Positions 19,724 to 29,313 are shown, counted from the first letter of the stretch. The stretch is 64,000 bases of DNA from Bacteriovoracia bacterium (GCA_050251055.1 JBFWNL010000007.1:64001-128000); one strand, 5' to 3'. Numbers and translations: made by a program. The notes: generated from the letters alone by a model not told the origin.

Positions 19724-19745
19724 TAACGAAGGCGAAAACGCTTAA
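19704..19745. repeat. Tandem 20-bp duplication of the ino1 3' end
   Basis: ACGAAGGCGAAAACGCCTAA (19704-19723) and ACGAAGGCGAAAACGCTTAA (19726-19745), 19/20 identical. Confidence 0.9.
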
Positions 19746-19749
19746 GGTG

Positions 19750-20685
19750 CTAGCGACCCGAGTTCTTTAGGTATCGAATCACGTGTTCGACATCCATTCC
19801 TTTCGGCGGAGGGTTGCGTTCGAATAGGTTTCTAACGACCTCCTCTAGACGTCGTCCGTCCAGGAGACGGATAAAGTGGTATATGTAGGGGTCTTTCTTC
19901 GCTGCTAGTTCTTGGAGAGCTTCCACAATTTTGGGTTCTTGCGCTTTCGAGAAGTGAGATGCGTGCCCGGCTGCGACGTCATACACGGCTCGGAAAATAT
20001 CCGTAGGGGATGCTGTGTCGACGTTCATCAACCACGCTTCTCCGGCAAGAAACTTTTCGAGTGCTCCAGGGACAGCCTCTTCGATGACTACGGTTCCTTT
20101 GGGCTGGGTCTTGAATCGGAGTAAGCTCCGCGGGGTCATGGGTGCCTGGTTAGCAGACGCTTTGAATTCTCGGGCGCCGATGACGCCAAGAATTAGACTG
20201 GGAGCTTGGTCGATCACGAATGGGCTATCAAGTTCTGTCGCGATCGCGGTCGCCCGTTGTAAGATTGCAGACTCGGGGGTTCCGTCCCCCCTAAATGAAA
20301 AGGCGTGCACGACGTCGACGTCACCGCCAGCTCGGAAAGTGCCCGAACTGGACGAACCCACGATTTGTATACCGATGCCCTCTGACTCCAATCTGTCTAA
20401 GTAGGCCACGAAGGAGGGGTCGTAGACTTCGTGTGCATCTTGCCGTGATAAAATAACCGCCGAGCGCCCATTTTTCCCATAGGGAGCCAGCCGCTGCCTG
20501 GAGCGGGTAATCAGTTTCTCGGTTGAAGCGTTTAGGGGAAACAGGGAGTCGGCGGCACCATGGTCCAGGACTCTGCGGATTTTTTCTTCTGGGCAGCTTC
20601 CTAGGGCAGCGCTGTTTTGTAGGCAGAAATAGGCAAGCAGGAAAAGGCTAGGTAGGTTTCTTACGTTGATTGTAAATCGAGCCAT
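19750..20685 (-). CDS. Hypothetical exported protein lying antisense within the inositol cluster
   Basis: 311-aa ORF with hydrophobic N-terminus; looks more AT-rich than its neighbours by eye. Confidence 0.6.
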   Translation of the reverse strand: MARFTINVRNLPSLFLLAYFCLQNSAALGSCPEEKIRRVLDHGAADSLFPLNASTEKLITRSRQRLAPYGKNGRSAVILSRQDAHEVYDPSFVAYLDRLESEGIGIQIVGSSSSGTFRAGGDVDVVHAFSFRGDGTPESAILQRATAIATELDSPFVIDQAPSLILGVIGAREFKASANQAPMTPRSLLRFKTQPKGTVVIEEAVPGALEKFLAGEAWLMNVDTASPTDIFRAVYDVAAGHASHFSKAQEPKIVEALQELAAKKDPYIYHFIRLLDGRRLEEVVRNLFERNPPPKGMDVEHVIRYLKNSGR

Positions 20686-20694
20686 TCTAGTAAC

Positions 20695-20721
20695 TTATCG
20701 GTGGGAAGCCCCGCATACCTA
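20695..20721 (-). promoter_or_regulatory. sigma28-like promoter
   Basis: TAGG-N15-ACCGATAA, 9 nt before ATG 20685. Confidence 0.6.
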
Positions 20722-20846
20722 AAGAATGACGGTAAAGTGACGGTAGCATCTGCGGTAGGCAGGTTGTGCCAGGTAAGGCTATGAGATCTTAGAGGTTTTT
20801 CGCTGTTTTTTAAATGGCAGACGGGGTTTGTCGTGCTATGTTCTGA

Positions 20847-21779
20847 ATGATGCACATCGACGGAACCTTCTTTGAGTTAACCGGGGACTTGATCAACACG
20901 ATCATTTTGTTCGGTCTGCTCTTCGCCCTCATCATCGCTTACGTGATTCGTTTGGTCGTGGTGGGGCGCGCGCGCTTTGATCGCGTGGATCGGGAGGGCA
21001 CGGGTTTGCTTTTGAAGAAGGGCCCCATGGAGATGGTCTACTGGAGTTTGCAGCCTTTCGCCCGTTTGGCGGTGTTCTTTCGGGTGACGCCAAACATGCT
21101 TTCTTGGGCTTGTTTGGTTTTGGGGCTGGCGGCGGGGACTTGCTTGGCCTTCGGTCACTTTGGTTTCGGAGCGGCCTTCGCTACCGTGTCGGCGCTGCTC
21201 GACGCACTGGATGGCATGGTCGCGCGTATGACCGGACGGGCTTCCGACGCGGGCGAAGTGCTCGATGCCACCGTTGATCGCTACAGCGAATTTTTCTTTC
21301 TGGGTGGGCTTTGCGTTTATTATCGCGATATGTCCGAGCTGGTCGTGCTGACGCTGCTCGCGCTCATGGGCTCGTTCATGGTGAGCTACTCCACCGCCAA
21401 AGCGGAAGCGCTGCAGGTGAAGCCACCGCGCGGAAACATGCGGCGTACGGAGCGCGCGATTTTCATGACCGTGGGCGCCGCGCTCGCACCCATCAGCATT
21501 CCTTGGTTTGAGACGCCGGCGTACCTCAACGTGCCGGTCCCCGTGGGTTATCCCATGGTGCTTGCGGTGGGGATCATCGCCGTGCTGGCGAACTTCTCGG
21601 CGATCGAGCGCCTAGTGGCGATCGCGAAAGCCGTGCGCGCACGGGAAAACCAGGCACGTGAGCAGCTCAAGCAAGCGGAAGCGCTCACGGAAGCCCGGCA
21701 GGAGCTTGAGCAGATTGCCGGCTCTGACGACGCCGAAGCCGCGCCCGCGAACGCCACCAGCCGGTCGCCCAAGGTCTAG
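20847..21779 (+). CDS. CDP-alcohol phosphatidyltransferase (phosphatidylinositol-phosphate synthase-like)
   Basis: TPNMLS; DALDGMVAR-x8-GEVLDATVDR signature; SFMVSY..AKAEA; RTER. Confidence 0.92.
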   Translation: MMHIDGTFFELTGDLINTIILFGLLFALIIAYVIRLVVVGRARFDRVDREGTGLLLKKGPMEMVYWSLQPFARLAVFFRVTPNMLSWACLVLGLAAGTCLAFGHFGFGAAFATVSALLDALDGMVARMTGRASDAGEVLDATVDRYSEFFFLGGLCVYYRDMSELVVLTLLALMGSFMVSYSTAKAEALQVKPPRGNMRRTERAIFMTVGAALAPISIPWFETPAYLNVPVPVGYPMVLAVGIIAVLANFSAIERLVAIAKAVRARENQAREQLKQAEALTEARQELEQIAGSDDAEAAPANATSRSPKV

Positions 21780-21846
21780 GTCCACCAAAACCCCTATTTT
21801 ATCGGGCTATTTTTCCCGCCATGAAGTATATCCGGGCGGTTAGCCT

Positions 21847-23214
21847 ATGGAAATCCAGCAGCCGAAAAATCAAAAGCCCGTCTTGAAAACCCCCGTGCCT
21901 GGACCGAAGAGCCAAGCGATTCGTGCCCGTGAGGAGCAAGCGCTTGCCCCCGGCTTACAAGGCTTTGCGCTCATGGCGGGCATCGTGGTCGACGAGGCTC
22001 GCGGCAGCGCCGTGACGGATGTCGACGGCAACACTTTTCTCGACATCATTGGCGGTATCGGCGTGAACGGACTGGGCCACTCACACCCTAAGTTCGTCGA
22101 AGCGATCCAGAAGCAGGTGGCGAAGGCTTCGGTGGGGAGCTTCACTTCGGAAGCGCGCGTGCGCTTGTTCGAGCAGCTTTCGAAAAATCGCCCGACCCCC
22201 TCGGTGTATCGCACGCAACTTTATTCCGGAGGCGCGGAAGCGGTGGAGAGCGCGCTGAGGCTCGCGAAGTGCCATACCGGCAAGTACGAGTTCATCAGTT
22301 TTTGGGGCGGGTTCCACGGCAAAACCATGGGTGTGCTATCGCTCATGGGCTCGGACTTTAAAAATGGCCTCGGCCCGATGGTGCCGGGTTCGCACATTGT
22401 CCCATACGCGAACTGTTATCGCTGTCCCTTTCAGTTAAAGAATCCAAGCTGCGGCATGGCCTGCGTGGAGCATCTGCGCAAACACGTTAAGCTGGGGACC
22501 GCGGGCGCGGTCGCGGGCATCATCGCCGAGCCTATGCAGGGCACGGCCGGAAATGTGATTCCGCCGAATGACTTCTTGCCCGCCGTGGCGGAAGTGGCGA
22601 AGGAGATCGGCGCGCTCATGATCATCGACGAAATGATCACGGGCTTTGGTCGCACGGGTAAGTACTGGGGCGCCCACCATTCGGGTGTGCAGGCCGATAT
22701 CGTCACGCTCGGTAAGCAATTCGGAGGTGGTTTTCCGATGTCGGCCGTGATGACTACGGATGACATCTCAAAGGCGCAGCCCTGGAGCGTTCCCTCGGGG
22801 TCTTCTTCCAGCTACGGCGGAAACCCGTTGGGCGCGGCGGCCGGCGCGGCGGCGCTCACAATCATCGAGGAAGAGGGATTGGTCGAGAACTCCCGTAAAA
22901 TGGGGGATTATTTCCTGGGCAAGCTCAAGCCCTTCGAGGAAAAATACTCCTTTATCGGCGAGGCGCGGGGAGCGGGACTTTTCCTGGCGCTCGAGATGGT
23001 TCGCGACAAGGTGACGAAGGAGCCGCTCAGCAAAAAGGCGTGTCAGCGTGTTTTCACCGAGTGCCTCAAGCGTGGATTGCTCACCATGGCTTACGCGCCA
23101 AGTTTCCGCATTCAACCCGCGATGTCCATCGATACCGGCACCATCGATGCCGCCGTGGGCGTGCTGGAAGAAGTTTTCGACTTAATGGAAAAAGAAAAAC
23201 TTTGGCAGGCGTAG
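21847..23214 (+). CDS. Class III PLP-dependent aminotransferase
   Basis: SGGAEAVE, GFHGKT, EPMQG, IDEMITGFGRTG, TLGK (PLP Lys), SYGGNP. Confidence 0.92.
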   Translation: MEIQQPKNQKPVLKTPVPGPKSQAIRAREEQALAPGLQGFALMAGIVVDEARGSAVTDVDGNTFLDIIGGIGVNGLGHSHPKFVEAIQKQVAKASVGSFTSEARVRLFEQLSKNRPTPSVYRTQLYSGGAEAVESALRLAKCHTGKYEFISFWGGFHGKTMGVLSLMGSDFKNGLGPMVPGSHIVPYANCYRCPFQLKNPSCGMACVEHLRKHVKLGTAGAVAGIIAEPMQGTAGNVIPPNDFLPAVAEVAKEIGALMIIDEMITGFGRTGKYWGAHHSGVQADIVTLGKQFGGGFPMSAVMTTDDISKAQPWSVPSGSSSSYGGNPLGAAAGAAALTIIEEEGLVENSRKMGDYFLGKLKPFEEKYSFIGEARGAGLFLALEMVRDKVTKEPLSKKACQRVFTECLKRGLLTMAYAPSFRIQPAMSIDTGTIDAAVGVLEEVFDLMEKEKLWQA

Positions 23215-23256
23215 GCGCCTGCCTTTGGGGGTCCTGATCGGGTCCCCAAGGGAGCG

Positions 23257-26200
23257 CTAGTGCGCGTTCACTTCGCGCTCGTGCCCGGCCTCGAGGTAAG
23301 CTTCGGAACCGTGGCGATGGGTGCGCTCCCGGTATTCGCCGACGGTTTCCACGACCAAGTAGATCAGAATCGCGTAGGCCGAACCCCACATCAGATCCAG
23401 GATGTAGTGGTGGTTGAGGTACACGGCCGAAAAGCACATCAGCAAGTAGAAGAAGACGCAGAAACGCCGCAGGGATCCAAATTTGTATGCGTAAAGCACC
23501 GAGATCAGCGGATAAGCCACATGCAAAGATGGGATGGCGCCGAAGACGTCGGCTGCACGCCCGTACATCTCGCTAAAAAAGTGGGTGCCGAGGATCTGAT
23601 CGAAGCGCGCGGCGCCCGCCGAACTCGCGGGCACGTCGAGACGGGCGGGGCCTAATCCGTACTGAGCCACGTACCAGGGCGGCGCGGCCGCGTACCAGTA
23701 GTAGGTCGAGTAGCCCAGGCAGTTGGTCCAAAAGAACGTCCACATCATGCGGGGAGCCTTGCGCACGATCTCCCGCGCGGAATATTTATGCGTCCCGTGG
23801 AAGCCCAGCCAGAACATGAAGTAGGCGGCGCTGAAGACGAAGAGCGCGACGAAAACCAGGTAGGCGAAGCCGGTAACGAGGTCGAGCGCCGGATGCGTAT
23901 GTAGCTGCCACCACTCGTTAGGGGTAAGCACGCCCTTCGCGGTTTGGATGCCAAAGAAACGCTTATCGAAGAGATACGGCTCCTTCACGTGGATCGGCCC
24001 CCGCAGCCAGTCGGCATAAAAACGCTGGCTGTCGTAGACGATGCCCACGAGGAATACGGGTAGCAGGAACTTCAAGAACTCCCGGGTCGGTTTGCCGAGG
24101 TAAGCTAGCGCCAGCATCAATCCCGAAATGAGCAGGTGATCGGAGCGCAGGCCTCCGAGCGCAAGGAGGGAAAGCACGTACCCCGCGATCAGCCCCAGCG
24201 GCATCCAGCGCTCGCGCGGCGAAAGCGATCGCCACCACGCGGGCCAGCGGAAGATCCAGTCCCAGCCGCGGTAACGTAGCAAACGGCCCCAAACCTGGAG
24301 CGGCTCCATGATCCGGAAGCGAACTTTTGGGCGGGCATTTTCGATCTGCAGCTTTTCGGAGTCGCGATAGTAAAGGTAAGCCGGTAAGGCGATCATCGCC
24401 GCGAGCAGGGTGGTGATTTCACCCAAGACCGCGAGCTTACCGAAGCTAACGAAAGCCTGGTTGCCGGCGATGAGGAGCGATCCGTAACCGACGACCGTCG
24501 TGAGGCTCGCCATGCCGACGGCGCTGCCGGTGCTGCGGATTACCCCCAAGATGCTGCCCCGGCCATCGAGGCGGTAACGCTGGAAGATATTTACGCCGTA
24601 GTCGACGCCGATACCGAAGGTGATGGGGAGCGCGATGAAGTTCAGGAAATTGATCTTGAAATCGAAACCCAGGATCACGCCCGCCATCCAGGTTACCCCC
24701 AGGATCAGTGAGAAGAGGCAGAGCGAGATCAAGCGCGCGCTCCGGAAAAGCGCGATCACGAGCAGGATCACGGCGCCGAAGGCGAAGAGCGTGGCCCGAG
24801 GTCCGTCACGCTTAATGGCGTCGATCATGTCGGCGGTCACGGGGAATTGACCGGCTACCGGGATGCCGGGCGTGACCTTGTCCGCCACCGCGCGCAGGTC
24901 GCGGACGAACTGCAGGAGCTTGTTGCTGTCCTTCGTGGGGTTGGTCACCGGCGGTTCCACCAACACGAGATTGCCCACGGCCCCGCTTTTTTCCGTGAAC
25001 TTGCGCAATACCATCGGCGGCAGATCCTGGACGGACACCGGTACGTAGCTTTCCTCGTTCAGAAACTCGGACGCGAGTTTCTTTTCCTCGGGCGAGAGCG
25101 CGGACAGAATGCGCGGCGTGAGCTGCGACTTGATTTGGCGCAGGACCCGGATCTTTTCCGGCTGGCCCAAGGGCACGAAATCGTCGATTGAGTAAACGGA
25201 AGCGATCAGGCTCTGGCTGCCCTGAGACCTCTGCAGTTTCTTGGCTTCTTCCGCCACGCGCACGGCCTCCGCCTTGGTGTGCGGCATGATTACGGTGGGC
25301 GAGAGCCAGCGCTGGAAGACCTCGTCGATGCGTTTGGAGAGAAACGCCGAGCCCTGCTCGATGCTGCGTTTATCACGCAGTTTTTCCAGGTTGGTTTCCA
25401 GGATGGCGTCGCTGTAGCTAAAGAAGGTGATGAGCGAGACGACGGTCAGCGCGAAAGTCAGGCCCCAGATCGGGCGGGAAAACTTACGAATGAGCCAGAT
25501 GATGGGCTCGGCGAAAAACTGGAATGGCTTGGGGTCGCCAGGAAGCTCGCGCTTTACTCGGATCGGCAGGATGCGGTGCCAGACCGTGAGAAGGGCCGGC
25601 AGCAGCGTGTAGGCCGAAATCCAGCAGATCACCATGCCGATGAGGCCGATCACGCCGAATTGCTTGAAGCCGCGGAAGCTGGTGAGCATGAGCGATCCGT
25701 AGGAAAGCCCTGCCGCCAGCGCGGCGACCAGGGTCGCGGTATAGGTCTGAGTCAGGGCGAGGTGCACGCCGCGAATGTTTCCATTGCCCTTGCGGCGCTC
25801 CTCCATGTAGCGCGCGAGGTAGATAATGCCGAAGTTGATGCCGTTGCCGATGACGATCGAGCCCAGGAACGCGGAGTTGGCGTTAAGGTAGCCCACCGCG
25901 AAGAACGAAACGCCGAAGGTCGCCAGGGTGCCGATGAATAGGCTCACCATGAGCGCGAAGACCCCGCCGATCGTTCGGTAGTAAACGAGCATGAAAACCG
26001 TGCACAGGATTACTACGATGATCGTAGAGAGCTCGAGATCCTCCATGAGCGAATGATGCTCTTCGATGAGGTTCTGGACGCTGCCGGAAAACTTCACGTC
26101 CAGCCCCGCCCCGTATTTGGCTTCGTTGCCCTTCGGGTCGAGACCGGCGATAGCTTGATCGACGGCGTGACGAAGGCGTTCGGCCCCATCGATGCCTGAG

Positions 26201-26805
26201 GCGGCCCCCGGTAGATCGACGAGTAGAATACGGATCGTCTCGTCTTGATTGGCGTAATAGCCGTTCGGGAAGTGGGAGTAAGACGATGTCTTCTGGTTGT
26301 ATTTCGCCCGCATGGCGTCGAAATCGAGCTTGGGCTCCGGAATCTCGGTGGTCCGGAAAATATTCAAGGGGTTGTAGAGTTCTTTTTCGTAGCTGATGCG
26401 GTCGCGGATGTAGGTTCGGATGGAGGTGAGATCATCGATCTCCATGTAAAGTGCCTTGCGCGAATCAAAGAACTTCAGCTCATCGGTGATCTTATACTCG
26501 GTACCGGCGACGATGGACTTTGGGACTTGCTTCAGGCGGTCGACCAGATCGTGCAGGAATCGGAGACTGCCCTTGGGGTTGGGCGAAAAAATCAGCACCG
26601 CGAGATTCTCGGTGGACTCGAGCCGTTCGGTCACTTCCTTGAGATCGATGACGCTGCGAGCGTCCGTGGGCAAAAGCTCTTCGATGTTTGTCCGGAGATT
26701 CTTGTAAAGCTGGATCGAGTAATAGCCACCCCAGATAGCGATGAGCAACCCGATGATGCAGATCAGCCCGGCTCGTTTGAGCACTAGGCGGGAGTAGAAA
26801 TTCAC
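23257..26805 (-). CDS. MMPL/RND-family transporter fused to a C-terminal Aur1-like (IPC synthase/PAP2) domain
   Basis: Two RND halves (IGNGINFGII; FGIGVDYGVNI), then AAPPWY, AGAARFD, FGAIPSLH and YLNHHYILDL in a single 1182-aa frame. Confidence 0.88.
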   Translation of the reverse strand: MNFYSRLVLKRAGLICIIGLLIAIWGGYYSIQLYKNLRTNIEELLPTDARSVIDLKEVTERLESTENLAVLIFSPNPKGSLRFLHDLVDRLKQVPKSIVAGTEYKITDELKFFDSRKALYMEIDDLTSIRTYIRDRISYEKELYNPLNIFRTTEIPEPKLDFDAMRAKYNQKTSSYSHFPNGYYANQDETIRILLVDLPGAASGIDGAERLRHAVDQAIAGLDPKGNEAKYGAGLDVKFSGSVQNLIEEHHSLMEDLELSTIIVVILCTVFMLVYYRTIGGVFALMVSLFIGTLATFGVSFFAVGYLNANSAFLGSIVIGNGINFGIIYLARYMEERRKGNGNIRGVHLALTQTYTATLVAALAAGLSYGSLMLTSFRGFKQFGVIGLIGMVICWISAYTLLPALLTVWHRILPIRVKRELPGDPKPFQFFAEPIIWLIRKFSRPIWGLTFALTVVSLITFFSYSDAILETNLEKLRDKRSIEQGSAFLSKRIDEVFQRWLSPTVIMPHTKAEAVRVAEEAKKLQRSQGSQSLIASVYSIDDFVPLGQPEKIRVLRQIKSQLTPRILSALSPEEKKLASEFLNEESYVPVSVQDLPPMVLRKFTEKSGAVGNLVLVEPPVTNPTKDSNKLLQFVRDLRAVADKVTPGIPVAGQFPVTADMIDAIKRDGPRATLFAFGAVILLVIALFRSARLISLCLFSLILGVTWMAGVILGFDFKINFLNFIALPITFGIGVDYGVNIFQRYRLDGRGSILGVIRSTGSAVGMASLTTVVGYGSLLIAGNQAFVSFGKLAVLGEITTLLAAMIALPAYLYYRDSEKLQIENARPKVRFRIMEPLQVWGRLLRYRGWDWIFRWPAWWRSLSPRERWMPLGLIAGYVLSLLALGGLRSDHLLISGLMLALAYLGKPTREFLKFLLPVFLVGIVYDSQRFYADWLRGPIHVKEPYLFDKRFFGIQTAKGVLTPNEWWQLHTHPALDLVTGFAYLVFVALFVFSAAYFMFWLGFHGTHKYSAREIVRKAPRMMWTFFWTNCLGYSTYYWYAAAPPWYVAQYGLGPARLDVPASSAGAARFDQILGTHFFSEMYGRAADVFGAIPSLHVAYPLISVLYAYKFGSLRRFCVFFYLLMCFSAVYLNHHYILDLMWGSAYAILIYLVVETVGEYRERTHRHGSEAYLEAGHEREVNAH

Positions 26806-26895
26806 CCTCGAGAGTTAACCTGAGTGACGGCGTCCGCAAAGCAGTTTCAGCAATTAGCGTTGTGTTTCCGCCTATTTTGGTCTTTACTATTGGTC

Positions 26896-27678
26896 GTGAA
26901 TCTCTGTCAGTTACTCGTGCGCTGGACCAAGCGATTGGGCGAATTTATGCTCTTCGTCAACGAGACGATCAAAGTCTTTCCGGGTCTGTGGAAGCGCCGC
27001 GACTTGTTCTTCCGTCAGTGTGAATTTATCGGAGTGACTTCGACAGGTATTATTCTCGTGGCGGCGCTCTTTATGGGTGCTGTTTTAGGTTATCAACTTT
27101 ACGTGTCATTTCATTACTTTGGTGCCGAGGCTTTACTCGGCGGAAGCGTCGGGGTGGCACTCTTCCGGGAGCTGGCTCCCGTCATGGGCGCGGTGATGGT
27201 GACCGGGCGGGCGGGCGCGGCGATGGCCGCTGAGATCGCCAGTATGCGAATCTCCGAACAGATCGACGCGCTCGAGGTCATGGCGATCGATCCGATGGAA
27301 TACCTCGTGGCTCCGCGGGTGGTGGCGGGCGTTTGCATGATGCCGCTTCTGTCCGTCCTTTTCGCGGGCATCGCTTCGCTTGCGGCCGCGGGCGTGGCCT
27401 GCGGAGTGATGGGATTGAGCACGCCGGTCTATTGGAGTCAGTTTTCCAAAGTGGTCGATCCGATCGAGCTCACCCATTGCGTGACCAAGGGAGCGATGTT
27501 CGGGTTGGTGCTGACCTGGGTGGGTTGTTTCTATGGGTTTCGTGCGCACGGGGGCGCCTACGCGGTAGGCAAGGCCACACGTACGACGGTGGTGGTGAGC
27601 TGTCTCACGATTCTGCTCTCGGATTACGTGCTGACGTCGCTACTTCCATTTGGATTTGCCAGACTGATTGCCGAATGA
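26896..27678 (+). CDS. mlaE: MlaE-family lipid ABC permease
   Basis: RELAPV, GRAGAAMAAEIASMRISEQIDALEVMAIDP, VGKATRTTVV; start uncertain (26824-26947). Confidence 0.92.
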   Translation: MNLCQLLVRWTKRLGEFMLFVNETIKVFPGLWKRRDLFFRQCEFIGVTSTGIILVAALFMGAVLGYQLYVSFHYFGAEALLGGSVGVALFRELAPVMGAVMVTGRAGAAMAAEIASMRISEQIDALEVMAIDPMEYLVAPRVVAGVCMMPLLSVLFAGIASLAAAGVACGVMGLSTPVYWSQFSKVVDPIELTHCVTKGAMFGLVLTWVGCFYGFRAHGGAYAVGKATRTTVVVSCLTILLSDYVLTSLLPFGFARLIAE

Positions 27679-27706
27679 CCGATTGCAGAATAGAAAGAGT
27701 ACGACT

Positions 27707-29197
27707 ATGGCAGGCGAAAACATCCGAACCGTAAAAATCAAAGTGGGCCTCTTCTCCTTGGCCGGACTGGCGCTGATCGGCGTGATCACCGTCTTCGTGA
27801 ACGATCGCCCCTTCTGGTGGCGGGGGTGCGAGTTGGTGCACGTGAACATCGAGGATGCCACGGGCCTAAAGACGAAATCCCCCATCCGTTCGCTCGGGTT
27901 GCAGATCGGGTACCTTCATTCGGTCGAGCTCTTTCAGCAGCAGGTCCGTTTGGGGATTTGCATCACCGCGCCGGTGGAAGTGCTGCCGGACACGCGCGCC
28001 TATGTGAAGGGCGAAGGTTTCTTGGGCGACAAATTCGTGGAGCTAAAGCCCGTGAAGTACGTTGGGCAATCGCGCGATGAGACGTTGAACGACGCAGCTC
28101 CCTCGCAGACCTCGACTCCCGCGCCGGCGCAAACCTGGGCACCCAGCCGGCCGATCCACCCATTGCTTTGGGCGATGGGGTGGGGCGTGGACGCGGCTTG
28201 GGCGGCCAAAACCAACGTGAACGTGGCCGAGGCGAAGGATAGCCGCAAGGAGATCCCGGTCGGTGAAAAGAGCCAAGACGTGCAGGAGTTGGTGAACGAG
28301 GTCAACGGCCTCGTGGGCGAACTCTCCGTGCTCACGAACAATCTCAAAACGTCGCTCAACCCGGTCGACATGCAGCGCACGATGCAGAAGTTGAATCGTA
28401 CGCTTGAGAACGCGGCGAAAACGCTTTCGCCGGAAGGCAATCTCACCACTACGGCCCAACGCGCGCTCGCGAAACTCGAAGACGCCATCGAGCAGATGCG
28501 CGACATGGTGACGCGAATCAACCAGGGCGAAGGCTCGGTGGGCATGGTGATCAACGACCCCAGCTATGCCGAGGAGCTGCGCGATGCCCTCCGGAATTTG
28601 AATTCGCTGCTTTCGAAGGTGAGCGGCGTACGTTTCCAGGTGGATGTCGGAGCGGAAGCTTTGCCGGCTTACAGCGATGCGCGGGGCTGGTTCCGGTTGG
28701 GCATCTGGCCGTCGGCCGACCGCTACTATCTGCTCGGTTTGTCGGTCGATCCGCGCGGGAAAACCAATGTGCTGGACGTCACCACCACGGCGGGCACGGC
28801 TAGCACCACGACTCGTTCGGTAACCACTGAGCAAGGAGGCATCCTGCTCACCGCGATGTTGGGTAAGGTGTTTTGGCACCGGCTTGATTTTTCGGCCGGC
28901 ATCTATCACGGGGACGCCACGCTGGGCGTGGCTTTCAATCTGGGACCGCAGACCAATGAGGAGCTGCTCCGGGTGGAGGCGCAGGGGTTTAGCGGCGCGG
29001 ATGGAAGGGGCGGCCACCAGTTCGACGGCCGCGCGAACGCCATCTGGTTTCCGTCGCAGAGCCCTTACCTGAAGACGATTTACATCCGCGGCGGGGTGGA
29101 TTCGGTTCGCCAGGTAAACGGAAAGTTTTCGTATTCGGTGGGCGCCGGCATCTCGTTCAACGACCGGGACATCAAGATGCTCTTCGCGCTCCGCTAG
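27707..29197 (+). CDS. MlaD/MCE-domain protein with helical stalk and beta-rich C-terminal domain
   Basis: IKVGLF transmembrane anchor; DATGLK...GLQIG...GFLGDKFVEL MCE motifs; GEGSVGMVIND. Confidence 0.88.
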   Translation: MAGENIRTVKIKVGLFSLAGLALIGVITVFVNDRPFWWRGCELVHVNIEDATGLKTKSPIRSLGLQIGYLHSVELFQQQVRLGICITAPVEVLPDTRAYVKGEGFLGDKFVELKPVKYVGQSRDETLNDAAPSQTSTPAPAQTWAPSRPIHPLLWAMGWGVDAAWAAKTNVNVAEAKDSRKEIPVGEKSQDVQELVNEVNGLVGELSVLTNNLKTSLNPVDMQRTMQKLNRTLENAAKTLSPEGNLTTTAQRALAKLEDAIEQMRDMVTRINQGEGSVGMVINDPSYAEELRDALRNLNSLLSKVSGVRFQVDVGAEALPAYSDARGWFRLGIWPSADRYYLLGLSVDPRGKTNVLDVTTTAGTASTTTRSVTTEQGGILLTAMLGKVFWHRLDFSAGIYHGDATLGVAFNLGPQTNEELLRVEAQGFSGADGRGGHQFDGRANAIWFPSQSPYLKTIYIRGGVDSVRQVNGKFSYSVGAGISFNDRDIKMLFALR

Positions 29198-29313
29198 CCT
29201 GCGTAGGTCTTCCCGGACCTCCCCCGCGCGAATTGTTGTAGGGAAGTTCGACAGCTGAAAACAAAGTAGTCACTCGGCTCGGCCTTTTACACCCCAGCGC
29301 GGTTTAAAGCCCT

